In this document: positions 37,401-51,888 of the stretch, piece by piece | How positions within the stretch are numbered: the first letter of the stretch is position 1 | Layout: every line of letters starts with the position of its first letter | Assembly (NCBI RefSeq): GCF_036321535.1 | Contig: NC_087436.1 | Location: 87,608,001 to 87,672,000 of the forward strand | Source: Camelus dromedarius | Taxonomy: Eukaryota | Length of the DNA stretch: 64,000 bases | Direction of reading: 5' to 3' | The notes under the pieces: model-generated | What the model was told of the DNA's origin: nothing | The model's database searches: none | Seen by the model: the letters and a program-made list of their open reading frames with translations, nothing else | Program-made: the position numbers and the translations under genes

Positions 37401-39589
37401 CACTCATCTAAGATAATGATTAATTAGAGATATCTCTGAAAGCAGCAATCAAGCAATTGGCCTGTAGCACATGGGTACCTTTATAAATCATGTTTCACAT
37501 GACTTAGAATGGTGACAATTTATAAAGCCAGGATAAGTTGCTATTACTCTGTAAAGTCCACTTTTGTAAGAATGAAAGATCCCATCGACTAACCCAGTAT
37601 CAGCTGATTTCCTGGGTTGATGCTGATCAGCTGTGATGTTACCAATACGCTTCATGTTGGGAAAGCACCCAGAGAAGGTACTGGCTGATGCAATTTACCA
37701 AACAGAAGCCAGCTATGAACTTAACCTTAATGATCATTCCACCTTCCTCCCATATTTTTGGAGCACAGCATTAATAATGGAAAAATCAGTTTTAAAAAAC
37801 TGAAAACAAGGGGACTGGTCTCCAGTTAAACTATCTCAACTTTCATTAAGCAGTATTTTTAGAGTGCCCACAAAGTACCTGAAAATGTATGAGGACCAAC
37901 ATCTTACTGGGTTTCCAGTTAAGCTGAAACCCGACCAGGTGTGACAGCCTGATATTAACACACTAAATTCCGGAATCCAAGAGATAAATATGTTATCAAT
38001 GAGATGAAATAATACCAGACTTTTGAAACTGGTAGAGGAGGAAAAAACATAACCAGTATATTGTTAAAAAAAAAAAAAGTATGTTGTATTCTTTTCATTT
38101 GTAGAGAATTAAACCTTTCATCCTGATTGCTATTTGGATTATGGAAATACCAATAACCAGTGTTCTCAAAACCAACTCAGGGTCTAAAGTAACAAAATGA
38201 ATGTATGTCATTAAGCTTTGGCTCACCTATATAAATTTGACCACATTCAGGCTAATTTTATGAATCAAATATCTTATCCAGAACTATTCCGGACTCTATT
38301 CCAATTCTTAGTACTCTTTGAACTTGAAGCCATAACTCTTGAATATCATTATTTTATGTTAGATTATCATATCTGGGAGAGCATTTAAGAAGTTCATAGT
38401 CCAAAGAAGGTTTCTAAGATGGTACACTCTCTGGGCATATCCTCCGTGGCCTTTTTTCTAATAAACGCTGACATAATTTCTTGGAAGTAATAAAACTACT
38501 TCTGGCCATTTAAATGCAAAGGCTAATCAAATTCCTGCCTCCCGTGGCCTATGCAATCATCAGTAGTTCAATAAATAATTCTACCTCCACAAAAGGGCCT
38601 CCATATTTCTCTCCCAACATTCAACTCTCTTAAAACATGTAATGTATTCTCTGATGTCCAAGCCCCAGCCATGAGTGCACCTCACAACCTCTTTCACTCA
38701 CCCTCAACATTGATTCACCTTGCAAAATGTATAAAAGAACAAAATTCCTCTTATTGAGAAACATAGCCAACTGTCATGGTAGAGTTTACCCGAATTACCC
38801 AACTTCATCTTGAGAGACCCGAAACAAGGTCATTTGTAGGACCCCACAAGTTCTCTTAACTAAAATTAAATCTTAATTCTCTAAAATTGGAAGTAAAGGG
38901 AAAATCTTCATGTGGGAGGAGTAACTGAATTTCAGTCTTAATTCCCATCTGCAGAAGACGTTCTCCTTCTTCTTGGGGATCTTAACTTGATGTTACGAAA
39001 GGAGTCGAATAAGAAGTTACCTTTATAACTCTTTGCATTCATGCTTGGGCGTGCACTCTATGCTTGGGTGTGTATTGATCTCACTTCTCTTATTTACTCT
39101 TTTATTTCATCTCTTATACTTTTATACTTCTTGTATTACTCTATTGTTTATTGACCTTAAGTCACTTAACATATAAAATCCTCCTGATCCTTGTCTTTAA
39201 CAGAAGGTAGTGTGGTTTAGAGAGATAGCGTTTGTAAAAGCTGTAACACAGAGTGATGATACATGTAAAACATCTCTCATTGCACCTGATACACAACAGG
39301 TGCTCAAAAAATCTTAGTTCTCCTTTAGGGCCATTTAATCATCCTGAGTGTCTAATTCTGTTTGCCATCTCAGTCTTTGCTGTAATAGTCACTTCCTTGA
39401 TTTCTAGTACAATGGGTAACTAAAGGTGATTTTCATTCTCTTGCTACGAAAGTTCAGAGTTTATATGAAGTCCAGAGTATTCACCAGTAATCCTGCTGGA
39501 ACTGCTCATGCTTCTGTAGGTCTGTATAATGTTGGAGGCCCCTGCTCCTCTGTGTTCTGAATGCTCTGTTCCGTCCTCTCTGAACCACA

Positions 39590-40910
39590 CTGACCCGTGA
39601 GACCATCACCACTATCAAGATAGTGAACTATTCATCACCCCCAAAAGTCTCCTCGTGCCTCTTGGCAGTCTATCTTTCCCACCCATCATCTCTCCCCTGC
39701 CCAGGTAACCACTGGTCTCCTTTCTGTCACTATAGATTTGTTTGCATTTCTATAATTTTATATAAATGCAATCCTTCAATACAGTCTTTTATTTTTGGTG
39801 CAGCTTCTTTCATTCAGTGTAATTATTTTGAGATTCCTCCATGTTGTTCTAGGTATTAAAAGTTCATTCATTTTTATTTCTGAGGACAATTTCATTGTAT
39901 GGATACTCATTTACTTTGTTGACAGACACTCAGATTGTCTTTTTTGGCTATTACAAACAAAGCTGCTAGCTAAAGGGATGCAGAAAGATAAACCATTAGA
40001 TAAACTCTAACCTAAAGAAAGGTGGGAGAGCTATATTAATTTGAGACAAAGGAGACTTCAGAATAACAAAAATTACCAGGGATAAAGAAGGCATTACTGA
40101 ATGATAAAGGGGTCAATTCTTGTACAATCATTCTAAATGTGGATATGCCTAACAACAGATCATCAAAATATGTGAGGGGAAAACTGACAGAACTGTAAAG
40201 AGAAACAGACAGATCTATTCGCCAGCCTACCCTGGGTCTGCTGGCCCCAGCTGCAGCAAAGCCGACTAATGACACCAGTTGTGGTGAGGAAGAGTACAGA
40301 CAGCATTCATTGCAGGGCACTAAGTAAGGAGAACGGGCAGCTCACGCTCAAATGACCCAAACTCCCTGGTGGCTTTTAGAGAAGGGTTTTTAAAGACAGG
40401 GTGAGGGAGAGGGTCACTGGGTGTGTGATCAGCTCATTCACAGTTCTCTCATTGGTTGATGGCGAGGTAACAGGGTGATGTTTGGGGACGCTCAGTCATC
40501 AACCTTCTGATTCCAATGGTCTGGGTCTATGTCCTTGTGGTCAGCATGCAGTTAACTTCCTCCACCTGGTGGGGGTTTTCATGTGGGCAAAACAACTCAA
40601 GGACATGGCCCAGGATATTATCTACAGCTCCTGAGGAGAAACTAAAGATCCTTGACTTTGTTTTATGACTAAACTATTATTACTTTGTCTTGCTTGACTG
40701 TTTTCCTTTGTTTCTGCATTTTCTCACTTCTCTGATTAAATCTACTCTTTAGAACTCATAGAAGGCCTAAGAGACTAAAGCTTTTTCTACAGACAAGAGG
40801 CGAGGGACACAGAGGTCTGTCCCTGACAAGGCCCCGCAGGGTCCAGCTCACTTTCAAATCCACTGTTATAGTTGGAGATTTCCACACCCCCCTATTAATT
40901 GATAGACCAA
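39590..40910. mobile_element. Old L1 pieces: antisense 3' end (39590-39968) abutting a sense ORF2 endonuclease fragment (39970-40910) interrupted by an LTR
   Basis: L1M 3'-UTR motifs (ccaggtaaccactggtc...ctatagat) followed by ataaaggggtcaattc...gaaacagacagatc|aatccactgttatagttggagattt. Confidence 0.65.
40216..40856 (-). mobile_element. Solo ERV1-class LTR inserted in L1 ORF2
   Basis: About 640 bp, ends in CA, 4-bp TSD gatc / aatc; L1 sequence is continuous across the insertion. Confidence 0.65.
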
Positions 40911-43000
40911 CCTCCCTTCCCACTGAACTCCTGGGGTACTTATTGAATTCAATTAAGCACTAGAAATGGGAGCAACCATGAGCTCACATCCCTATACAGG
41001 CCAGGCAATTATCATGAAAATGTTAAGAAACTATGGCTTCTTTCGTATCAGGTCCTTTGTTGCATTTTTTCTTAAGACCCATATGTCTGCATATTAAATC
41101 ATGTAGGCATATTCTTCGCAAAGAAACATTTTCTCCAGAGGTTATATTCAAAATACTTAACTAGTGGCCATTGGCCTGGGTTCCCAAGCTGGATGCCTCC
41201 TGTCTGTAGTGATGCAGCAGAGTACTGTTGTGGGTAGGAGGTGAACGGGGGATGGACCAAAGTGCCCAGGGCAGCAGGGCGACACACGGAGGCTTGGCAA
41301 TGGCTATTTATGAACCGGTATGGAAGTGTTTCTTACCAGCGTAGGCCAGCTGAATATTAGCCTTGGTTCTCTCTCATTTTTTTAAATGTGCGGGCTTCCT
41401 GGCCTATCCTTTGTTTTCCTATTTTTGATGGGGTCATCGTTTTCTTCTACAAGGCACACCCCATCTAAGACAGGCAGACCTCCTTTAACTTTAGTCAAAA
41501 GTCTTGTGCCAGTTGCCACTTCCAATTATTTAAGAGAAGCTAGAAATGTACATGTTTGTATTGAATTTTTAATGTTGGCTCAACAATTTTGAAATCTCTA
41601 TGCAGGTCCAGCACTGTGCCCTCTGGCCTATTGACTGTCTCTTGTATACCTGGCATTATAAGAATTCACAAGGATGAGAATTCTTCCCTGAACGGATTAA
41701 TCATCTGATGGATAGGCTGACAGATAAACAATAATTAATTTTATAGTCGAAGGTGGGGGTGTAACTGCTTTGTATAACTAATGACTTTTTCTTGTGTTTA
41801 TGTCTCATCACTCAGCCCGACACAAGGTCTTCATGCTGTCTGTGTCCTCAGCACCAGGTGCCTTGCTCATAATGTTTTGACTGAGTTGTCATCCTTATGA
41901 TCTCTGGCTCAGTCTGTACAGCTGAAGTGAACACATGAGAACATAGATGTGCAGCCATTTTCAAAACAGTCATCATCTCTCTGCATAGTCAGTCTTACAC
42001 AATAAGTGCTCTGCAGATAGTGGGCAAGGAGTTAACACTTGTGGAATTGAACCAGCCTGATCTGCTATGCAGTAGTTAGTTAAAGACACAGATGACGTGT
42101 GAGAACAGAGCAGAAGGAAATGTAAAAATGCAGGGATTCCTTGTGAGACTCATATGGGAAATCAGATTTGGAAGATTGCTATGGCTGGCACCTCATTCTC
42201 AACCTTTATCTTCAGTGCCAAATGGGCCTCCTGGTTGCTTCTGGAATCAAGTGAAACACAAAGGCAGAGACCAAAACTCAATTAGATTATTTTGCCACAA
42301 AATAAAACATCTATCAACATACTACTTTTGGAAAATATAAGAATTCCTAGAAAATTATTGTAATATCAGCAATAATTTATAAAAGGACATAGCTACAAAT
42401 TAGAATAAGAACATCTTAAAAGGGGAAGAATTCATCCATGTAAATAAAACATCATCCATGTAAATAAAACTTTTTCCTCTATAACTATTGCAAGATTGTC
42501 CAGTTTTGCCCATAGTTGAATCAAATAAGCAAATATCTGCTTGTCATCTCATTCAGTCCAGGTTAGATTTTGGACTGATGCTCTTATTGTAAAATTAGCA
42601 CATGTTAAAGTGTATAAAAATAAAAGCAAAGTTTCACCTCCCTCCCCTACCTGACTCCTAAGCGTGACTACCATCCGTAGCCTAGTTCATCTCTTGCCAG
42701 GCCTTCCTCTCTGCTCTCTCAAAACATATGTATAAGTTTGCATATGGCTCTCTTTTTCCCAAGAACATTGGGATTATATTTTATACTTTCCTGCAACTTA
42801 ACTTTTCCTTCCTATTCAGTCAGTTCATATTGACCTACCCCATGTTCTCTTTTCGGACTACACAGCATTTTGTAGTATTGATAACATCATCCTTTGTTTA
42901 GCCATTTCTCTGTTGAGAACCATTTAGGTTATGTCCTAGTTTCTACCTTACAAAGAATACTGAACAATTTATATTTTAACTTGCTTGTTCATTTTAACAG

Positions 43001-43170
43001 GGCTATGGAAACTGAAGTCGTTACAGAGTTTGGATCTGTCCTTCAATGGGATATCACAAATTGGTCTGTCTGATTTTCATAACTGCCTGCAACTGGAAAA
43101 CCTCCATTTAAAGAGCAACAAGATATTCAGAATTCATCCAGAAGCCTTCAAGGACCTGAAAAAATTACAG
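43001..43170 (+). CDS. LRRC66: LRRC66 coding exon 2 (LRRs)
   Basis: taacag| (G)LWKLKSLQSLDLSFNGISQIGLSDFHNCLQLENLHLKSNKIFRIHPEAFKDLKKLQ |gttagg; 170 nt, frame-compatible. Confidence 0.95.
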
Positions 43171-44227
43171 GTTAGGAAGTAATGTTTATAATTCAAATAC
43201 CAGACCTATGGGCAATTATATTAGAAGAGTATTTCCATTGAAGAGCTTCTTCATGACCAGTAGTACTGGCCACTAATCAAAAAATATAAGTCTATTTTAA
43301 GACTCCCCTAAAAGAGCTGAAGTCTCTCTCTTGCCTCAAAGATCCAAAGCCTCAGCAGTGGACATGAATTTTATTTGAACATTAATACTCAGCAGCAATA
43401 ACTGGCACATTATTTTTCCTAAATCAAATTAAAACCAACTCCAAGTTTCCACTTACCAGTTGGCAAGAAATTAAATCTTGGTTATTAGGAAGGCTGCCTC
43501 CCTGAACTACAAGGTCAGTGAAAGGTCCCTGGGGTTTTATGCAATTTGGGACTATATGAGCCTCTGAAGGCCAGCAACCCTGGTGCTTCCGCTCCAAAAT
43601 CGGGCACAGAATAATACCGACAATAATGATATCAACCCATACTTGCACTGCACTTACCACGTGCCACGTGTGGTTCTAAACATCAGACCTATGTTGAGGG
43701 GGTAGGCATCACATTTTAGAGCTGTGTTGCCTGTCTCTCGGGCCCCTTTCAGTGAATCTCACTGAGGTCTTGACAGCTGTGAGTGCAAGGATCCCCCAGA
43801 GCCCTAGTTTTGGCAGATTCAGCCCTTTCTCCTCCAAGTCCCTTCCTCCCCCCTCCTCCTCTTTGAGGGGGATACAGTAAAATCTCCACTCAATGCTCCT
43901 TTAGAAACACCAGGGTGGCCCCCAGAGATGGCTTAGGAGAAGCTTGAGTCCCCTGTCCCCGCAACCTGCATCACACACCCCCATTCTCTATATAGGCCAG
44001 TTATGACCCCTGAAAACATAATGTGGGCCACATATGCAATTTTATATTGCTTTAGTAACTTAATATAAGAAGTAAAAATAAGCAGGTGAATTTAATTTTA
44101 GTAATACATTTTTAAACCCAATATACCCAAATACTATCTTTTACACATGTAATCAATATTATTAATATTATTAATAAGATAACATACATTCTCTTTTTCA
44201 TACTAAGTCTTCAAAACCCTGTGTGTA

Positions 44228-44760
<533 letters not shown>

Positions 44761-44989
44761 TATTCACACTTAACTGCACATCCCAATTTGGACTAGCCAC
44801 ATTTTAATGATCAGTGACCGCATGTGGCTAATGGCTGTCATATTAGACTGCATCCACATAGAAATGGACACTTTCCCAGTTTTACATGTAAAGTGCTCTT
44901 CAAGCAAGGCTGCAGGACAAATCTCCAACTTCCACCCTTCAGCCAGAATGGTCCCCCAAGTTCCTCCTCTATGGAAGGGAAACTGGTGA

Positions 44990-45230
44990 AGCAGCGGTGA
45001 GGGGGTGGCCCGTGGAGCCAGCTGCCTGGGTTTACACCTAGGCTCTGCTGCTTGCTAATCACACAGTCTTGGGTGAGTTACCAGATCTCTCTGTGCTTCA
45101 GTTTTCTCATCTGTAAAATGGAGATAACAATTCCTTTTTCATAGGTTTTGTGAGAACTAAATGTTTTAATACATACAAAGTGCTTTGAACCACATTTGGA
45201 ATACAGTAAGCCCTTTATAACTGGAGACTA
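44990..45230 (+). mobile_element. MIR SINE
   Basis: cttgggtgagttac...ctctgtgcttcagttttctcatctgtaaaatggagataaca. Confidence 0.8.
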
Positions 45231-45735
45231 CATATTGAAATTCTACTCTTTTAACATACAAATCTGATTGTATGCTTTCACAACAAGGGCCTGACCCCTC
45301 TTTACCTCTCCAGCCTCATTTCAAGCCACCCATCCCTTGCTCACTGCTTTCCAGCCTGGTTTTCACCTCAGGGCCTCCCCGCTTGCTGATCCTTTTGCCC
45401 AGAAGAGTTAGCCCTTCCTAATCCTTCCAACGTCACTTCCTCAAGGAAGCCTTCCCTGGGCCTCCAGATTGAATTAGTTGTCCTTTTTACACACTTACAA
45501 TAGGCTATACTTTTCCATCACTGTATTTATCAAAACTGAAATTATTTCATTTTAGGTATGGTTAGCTGCTAATGCCTGCGTCCCCATAACCCTTCTACCA
45601 GACGGTGAGCTCTTTGAGGAAGTGTATCATACATACTTTGTTTTCTGGTGCTTGACATATGTCTAATACATACCACATATTTAAAGAAACTTGTAGAATA
45701 AACAAAGGAATCGATGGATGATGAGTGTGGTTAGG

Positions 45736-46292
45736 TGTACTAGTTATCTTTTGTTGTGTAACAAATTACTGCCAACTTAGCAGTATTATCTCAAACACAT
45801 ATATTATCTCACAACTTCTTTGGTTCAGCAATCCAGGCAAGACTTAGCTGAGTCTTCTGCTAAAGGCGTCTCAAGAGGCTGCAGTCAAGGTGTTGGCCAG
45901 GGCTGGAGTCTCACCTGAAGGCCCAGCTGAAGAAGCATCCACTTCCAAGCTCATGTGATTGTTGGCAGGATTCAGTTCCACCTGGGCTGTTGGGCAGAGG
46001 GCTCAGTTCCTTACTGGCTATCAGCCTGAGCTTGCCCTCACCTCTGTACCACGTGGGCTTTCCCACAGGGCAGTTCACAGCATTGCAGCTTGCTTCAGAG
46101 CCCGAAGGAGCTAGCATGCTAGCGAGAACATTACAGTCTTTTGCAATGTTGTCATGGAAGTGAGGTCCCATTGCTTTTGCCATTCTCACTGCTGAGAAGC
46201 AAGGTGCAGGTCTTGTCTACACTCAAGGTGAGGAGATTGCTCAAAGAGCTCGAATACCAGGAGGCAGCTGTACTGTGGTCCTGTCTGCTACA
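45736..46292 (-). mobile_element. MLT1-family MaLR solo LTR
   Basis: tgtactagttatcttttgttgtgtaacaaattac...ggctgcagtcaaggtgttggccagggctg...ctgctaca. Confidence 0.75.
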
Positions 46293-47719
46293 GTGGTTAT
46301 CAGAGCAGATACGAATGTCCACTTAACTTGGCAGCACTCCCCAATTCACCACAAACATGTTGTCAGATTGCCTGGGAGCCTTATTTAGTATGTTATATTC
46401 TGATTATATTTGTATGTGTAATTGCCCTATGCTTGCTTATTGTGCTTCATAAGTCTTCTGCAGCTCACAGGTGATGGATGCTGCAGGCAAACTAAAAAGT
46501 AAGCCCAAGAATGTTTTAAATCATCTGTAATTCTCAATTCACCTGAACTGCCTGGAATCATACAATTTCTTCTTCCCTGTTATCCCTTCCAATTGTTTGG
46601 CAATAACTGAAAACTGGTTTGGGAAGATGATGAGAATATTCGGTTCCAGAGAGATGAGTATTAAAATCGATGTTGTTGTTGGGTTGTTTTTTTTTTTTCT
46701 TTTTCACAAGATGTATTTAATACCTGCACTATATTATGTGTTTTCCTACATGGAAATCTTTTCAGAAACCAAATAGATTTTTTTTCAAGGCATAAATTCA
46801 TCATCATGTTTAGACAGAATAAAATAAGTTTCATTGGCATTTCAAATTAGCATTCCTTTTCTTAATCTTACCCCATTCTTCTTAGATGTGGTGATTTGTG
46901 TAGCAACATTATATGCTTCTCCCAATCTTTCTATAATGTACACTCCTCTCAGATGAGATCAGGTGTGTTCAGGATGCTGTGGCTGTAGACAGTACACTCC
47001 TTCCAAGTGTTGGTTGATGGGCTTTTCTTTAGCCAGATTGGACTGTGTTGTTTTCATCTTTTCTAAGAAATTATTCCTCCTGAATCATTTTATTAGTTTT
47101 CTATACTCTCTCAGTTTTGCTTTCAGTGTCATGATTTGTAATACAATAACATAACAGGATGAAAACCATGCAGGCATGCACTGAGAAAATACCCTCTTCA
47201 GACTTAGAACATTTCACTCTATTGTTGAGAGGGTAATACATAAGAAAGCTAACGCTCCCAGGCAAGGCCAGGCCAAAGCAAGAGTTTTGTTTTTTTTTTT
47301 TTTTTTTCCTCCCCAATCCCAATTTCCTACTTATATTTTGCAACCTTCCTCTGGGAGTCAAGAGTGCTTGATTACTCAACACTGGAAAGGCCCCCCTCAC
47401 CACTAAGTTCAAGGAGAATTCTGATTCTCCATGCCGTGGTCTTGGTCATGGCGCTGTCTGAGTCTTTGTTTGAGTCAGCTCTTCTTTGGAATTTATATAA
47501 GCCAAGTTGTCAGTGCTGCTTTCCCCCTGATGTTTATTAAACAGTTGGCCTGGATTACATTCAGTGTCTCTGATTTTTATCTGTGGCCCTCTTTTTATTT
47601 TTCAGCAAGGCTTGTATTTTCTCTTTTATGATTTTCTCCCACTCTGGTCCTTACACTCCAGGCCTCCTCCGCCCAGCCCTTCACTCCAGTGCAGTGGGAA
47701 CTCAGGCTCCGAGAGGCTG

Positions 47720-47990
47720 TGCTGTGGAGTGGAAGGCACACAGCTATGAAGCCAGATCAGATCCCAGCTCTGCCATTCATTCATTCATTCATTCCTCTAT
47801 TATTTTCTTAGCATCTGGGTACCAGGCCCTAGGACTAGAAACTATGTGGTATAATGCTGCAACCTAGCCCAGTTTCCTCCTCTGTAAAAAAGGGGAAATG
47901 AGAAAGTTGCTGGGAGGATTAGAGATAATGTATGTGAAGCACCCAGCAGAATTCATGGTACCCAGCGATGCTCTGCAAACGGTAGCTAGA
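47720..47990 (+). mobile_element. MIR SINE with internal (CATT)n
   Basis: atcccagctctgcc...cagtttcctcctctgtaaaaaagggg...gaggattagagataatgtatgtgaagcac. Confidence 0.65.
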
Positions 47991-48676
47991 GTACACCTAA
48001 TTATGCCTTCCCTGCTGCATCACACCACCGCCATAGCCAACTGCAGCAGACCCTGCTCCGTGTTTCTAGAGCCACTGCGTCCTTTTGTTTCCCCTTTATT
48101 TCTGATTAGACTAGGAAAATTAGTCATTCTGTGTATACTGAGTAGCCCTGGATGCAGAGAAATGTACTACTACCTTTAAGATAATACTTGATGCAAAAGA
48201 CCTCTCTTTGCTACTTCTGGTCAACCGCAGTTCTAGGCTGTATATCCTCATCATCCAGTACCTTCTGCCACTTTCAAGATCGCAGTGCTTCTAGACATTC
48301 TAGACCCGGTGTCTAATTCTACACCTCAGTAACCAGAAATCTAGGTTTTATCTAACAGTACAAATCCCAACTCACAGGACAGAAGGAGGGGAAGATGATT
48401 TGGGATCTAGTATAAGCACCATATTTAAAGTTTTCACGTACATTTAATCCTCAGAACCACCCTGGGAGGTAGGCTCATCAAGAGTCAGCAAGTTGCTGAG
48501 GCTCACAGAGTTCTCATGGGCAGAAGAGAGGTTTAAACCTACTCCCCTCCGACTCTGAAATAAGTGCAAAATTCATATTGCTTCCATAGGGATACAGACA
48601 ATATCTGTGACTCATTTATTTTGTCTCCAGTTGTCTTTCTTCGCAGACTGTCCTAAATTTGTTTCTTCTCGAGCAG

Positions 48677-48866
48677 GTGGTAGACCTCAGCAACAATGCG
48701 CTGACCGCCGTCCTGCCAGTGATGATCATTGCTCTAGAACTTCCCCACCTGGAGGCTGACTTGGCTGATAACCAATGGCAGTGTGACTACAGCGTGGCAG
48801 TCTTCCACAAGTTTATTTCTGAATCCTGGAGGGAAAAGTGGAATGTAATTTGCAACAAGTCTATAG
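48677..48866 (+). CDS. LRRC66: LRRC66 coding exon 3 (LRR and LRRCT-like)
   Basis: gagcag| VVDLSNNALTAVLPVMIIALELPHLEADLADNQWQCDYSVAVFHKFISESWREKWNVICNKSI |gtaagt; 190 nt. Confidence 0.95.
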
Positions 48867-50116
48867 GTAAGTCAGTAGTGCCTCTTCTCTCAGAAATACT
48901 TCCATTTAAACTGAAAAAAAAAAAGCACAAGAATAATTGAGACTCATTTGAAAGAATGACAGTCCCCCTGAAAGCAAGAGCACTGATCCACGGCATTAGT
49001 CATCCTTGGGCTGTGTCACAGAACCATCCTCCGTACCTGACTGTTTTCCTCAGTTCATGAATGATTTTATTCACATGGTCAGAGAAACCTAGTTCAGCTA
49101 GCTCAGAAACCACTGGATTTGGTCAAAAACAAATTTCACGAGGAGAGAATTTTTCCCTAAAGCCCCCAAATGTCATATTTTTATCCCAAATGTTAATAAA
49201 ATAATCAATCAAAGAAAGAACTTCTAAAACTTGAAACATAATTATTAAAATGCTTGGTAACCCTCTGAAAGCATAATCCTATACATACACAAAACACACA
49301 TATTTCAAAAGTAGATTTTTCTTTGATTTGTTCCCTGCCACTCTCCCAAACTGCTAGAATATGTTACTGGAGTTGAATATTCTGGAAGCTCTTTTTTTCC
49401 CTATTATTAAATATCTTGGCTAAATCTCAAACTCCTAACTGGGGGGAAAAAAAAGGCAGATTTTTTTTTTTCTAATGAGTCCTGACTTCTGTTCAGGACT
49501 GCTGTTAGAGACACGGCCATGCATACCATTTTTAAAGAGAAATCCATGAAGATGAGAGAAGGGAGAAGTCTTAAATGTCAGGCACACCTGTTTCATCACT
49601 CTGTACAAGTCACACTGGCATCTGAGTGTGGAGGGCAGAATGTCAGGAGCCAGCAGAGAAACTTGAGTGTCTTTGCTGTTTGGCGGCACTGAGGAATGGT
49701 GAGGCAATGATACAGCAGTCACAGGTGGAGCCGGGACAGATTTTGCAGGGAGCTGATGGAAAGTTCTCAAAAAATGTGCGGTCAGTAGGTGAGGACATGG
49801 AGGAAGGAGAAGCAATGTGGCCGTCCCTCCGTCCGGCTTCTCCCTCCCGTGGGCAGCAGTCAGGGAGGAAGCCTGAGAAGCACACAGCCTCCTGGGCCTG
49901 GGAGAGGCAGCCCTGCGCCTGAGAGCCACGTGCAGACACGCACACAGCCCTGCACGTGCTGTCGGCACCAGACAACCAGTCAGTCAGTCAAGCTGCTCAC
50001 CGTGTAATACACACTATAAATCTAGCTGGATGAGGACTGGGGACTCACAGACCCTTCTGAACCACTGGAATCTTATTTCCACGTCCACTCAATGTGTACT
50101 TCCCCCCCACTCTCAG

Positions 50117-51888
50117 GGAAGGAGGAGGCATACTGGTGGACCACCAAAAGAGTTTCCAGAGAGACCCAGCTTCATCCCACGAACCTGAATCCTATGAAGA
50201 GCCTCCTGAGGAGCACAGGTGAGAGGCCCGGGGAAGCGCGCTTTTCTACTCCGGGGAAGAAGGACCCTGTGGGCTCTGATGCCAGGGAGAGGCCGAGACG
50301 GCTGCCAAGGTGGGTGAAGAGTGCCGGGGAGGAGCAGACAGCTGGCAGGATGGGACGCACTCCCCAGGACCTCACCCTGGCCGTCTGCCTGGCCGTGTTC
50401 ATCACGTTCTTCGTGGCTTTCTGCCTGGGCGCTTTTGCAAGGCCTTATGTGGACAGACTGTGGCAACAGAGATGCCGGAAAAAAAGTCCAGGCTCAGGTG
50501 ACTTGTACTCAAACCCGGGCTTCTACGATGAGATCGAAGCTGCAGGAGTCAGACAGCAGCCAAGGATGGATCTGCACCAAACTTCCCATGATCAAAACCT
50601 CCATGAGAACCAAAACTCTTTCTGGGTGACAGAGGCCAGCCCATACGCTGCTGTCAATCCTGAGAGAACACTGGCACCCAGCAGAAAGGAGCCTGGTGGC
50701 CGGCAGGGCCTTGAACACTTCGCAGACCACACTAGGACAAAGGACAGCACGCTTCCATATCACGGTGGGGCCGGGCCCCTTCTCCACCAACACTCAAATG
50801 CCCGTGATCCCCAACCACTGTTGGCGGGACAGGACCACATCTACAGGAATGAAATCCCTGGAGAAGTAAATTATGACACTGTGGCCCAGGAAGGTGCCCT
50901 CAGTGAGCGTTCCATGGGTCGCCCTGCAGCACCTGCCAGATCACAAAGTGACCTCAGCTCAGTCTCTAAGGATTCCGACGAGTTAGGTCCCCCTCCCCCA
51001 AGAGAAATGACAGCTCCCCTCTCTCAGATGCTAGTGCACACAGAAGCGCTGAGGACTGGAGAGAATGAGGGAAGAGGGGGCACTGAACTCTCACTTCCGG
51101 AGTTTTCTAAGGAGAGGCAAGTGAGGGCTTATGTCAACTCGCTGAGTGCACAGCAGCAGAGGATCAGGGGCCTCCGTGCCGCGGGAGAGCTTCCCACCCA
51201 CTACAGTGGGGCCACACTCACTGACCCCGGAGACACGGACTGGTCCCCACCGGCCTCCCCTCCAGGGCGGGGCCCTGACCTGCCTGTCACTCCCAGTAAC
51301 AAGGAACCAGTGCAGAAGCACCCTCCTGACTGTCAGTACGAGTCAGACACCAACTCTGATTCTGATGAAGGGTCTTTATTTACTCTAAGTTCAACAAGTT
51401 CTGAGGACACAAGACATGTGTCTGAAAAAGAGGCACATGGCGAGGGGAGCTGTAGGGCCAGCAAGACCCTGGAGGACGAGGACTCAGGAGAGAGGACAGA
51501 CAACGTCACTTACCAAAATATTCTGGGGAAAGAAGATTCCTGTGAGAATCAGGAAGATCGTTTTGAAAAAACTCTCACTTCCGGTCCAGACTCTGGTTTG
51601 TGGGAGACCCGTCTGGAAAGTGCCTCTACCACCGGTAGATCTGAGGATCCACTGACTTTGCCTGGGTCCCTGGGCAGTAGCCCTTGTAGTGATGCGATCC
51701 CAGGCGTGTCTGTTTATGATTACATCGCAGCTCTTCAGTCCGAGCCGGTGGAATGGCACTGTTCACTCAGAGACTTAGAGTTTTCAAATGGGGATATTGT
51801 ACCACAGACACCACCACATTCTGCCGAAGTTTCCTCGGATTCTGATGAGAGTTCCTGTCCTGACGGGGACGCCGACATTTGTAAATAA
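50117..51888 (+). CDS. LRRC66: LRRC66 terminal coding exon (TM helix and long cytoplasmic tail)
   Basis: tctcag| acceptor, frame open to TAA at 51886-51888. TM LTLAVCLAVFITFFVAFCLGAFA, motifs YSNPGFYD and DSDEGSLFTLSS. Spliced CDS 2631 nt = 876 aa. Confidence 0.95.

Noticed and set aside
42431..42470. 20-bp tandem duplication (TCATCCATGTAAATAAAAC x2)
   Set aside because: Simple local duplication in an intron with no sign of function.
49435..50070. Overlapping ORFs (up to 177 aa) in the last LRRC66 intron
   Set aside because: No recognisable protein; LRRC66 splices in frame without them; the segment ends in a hAT-like terminus (tgaaccactg), so it is probably an old transposon.
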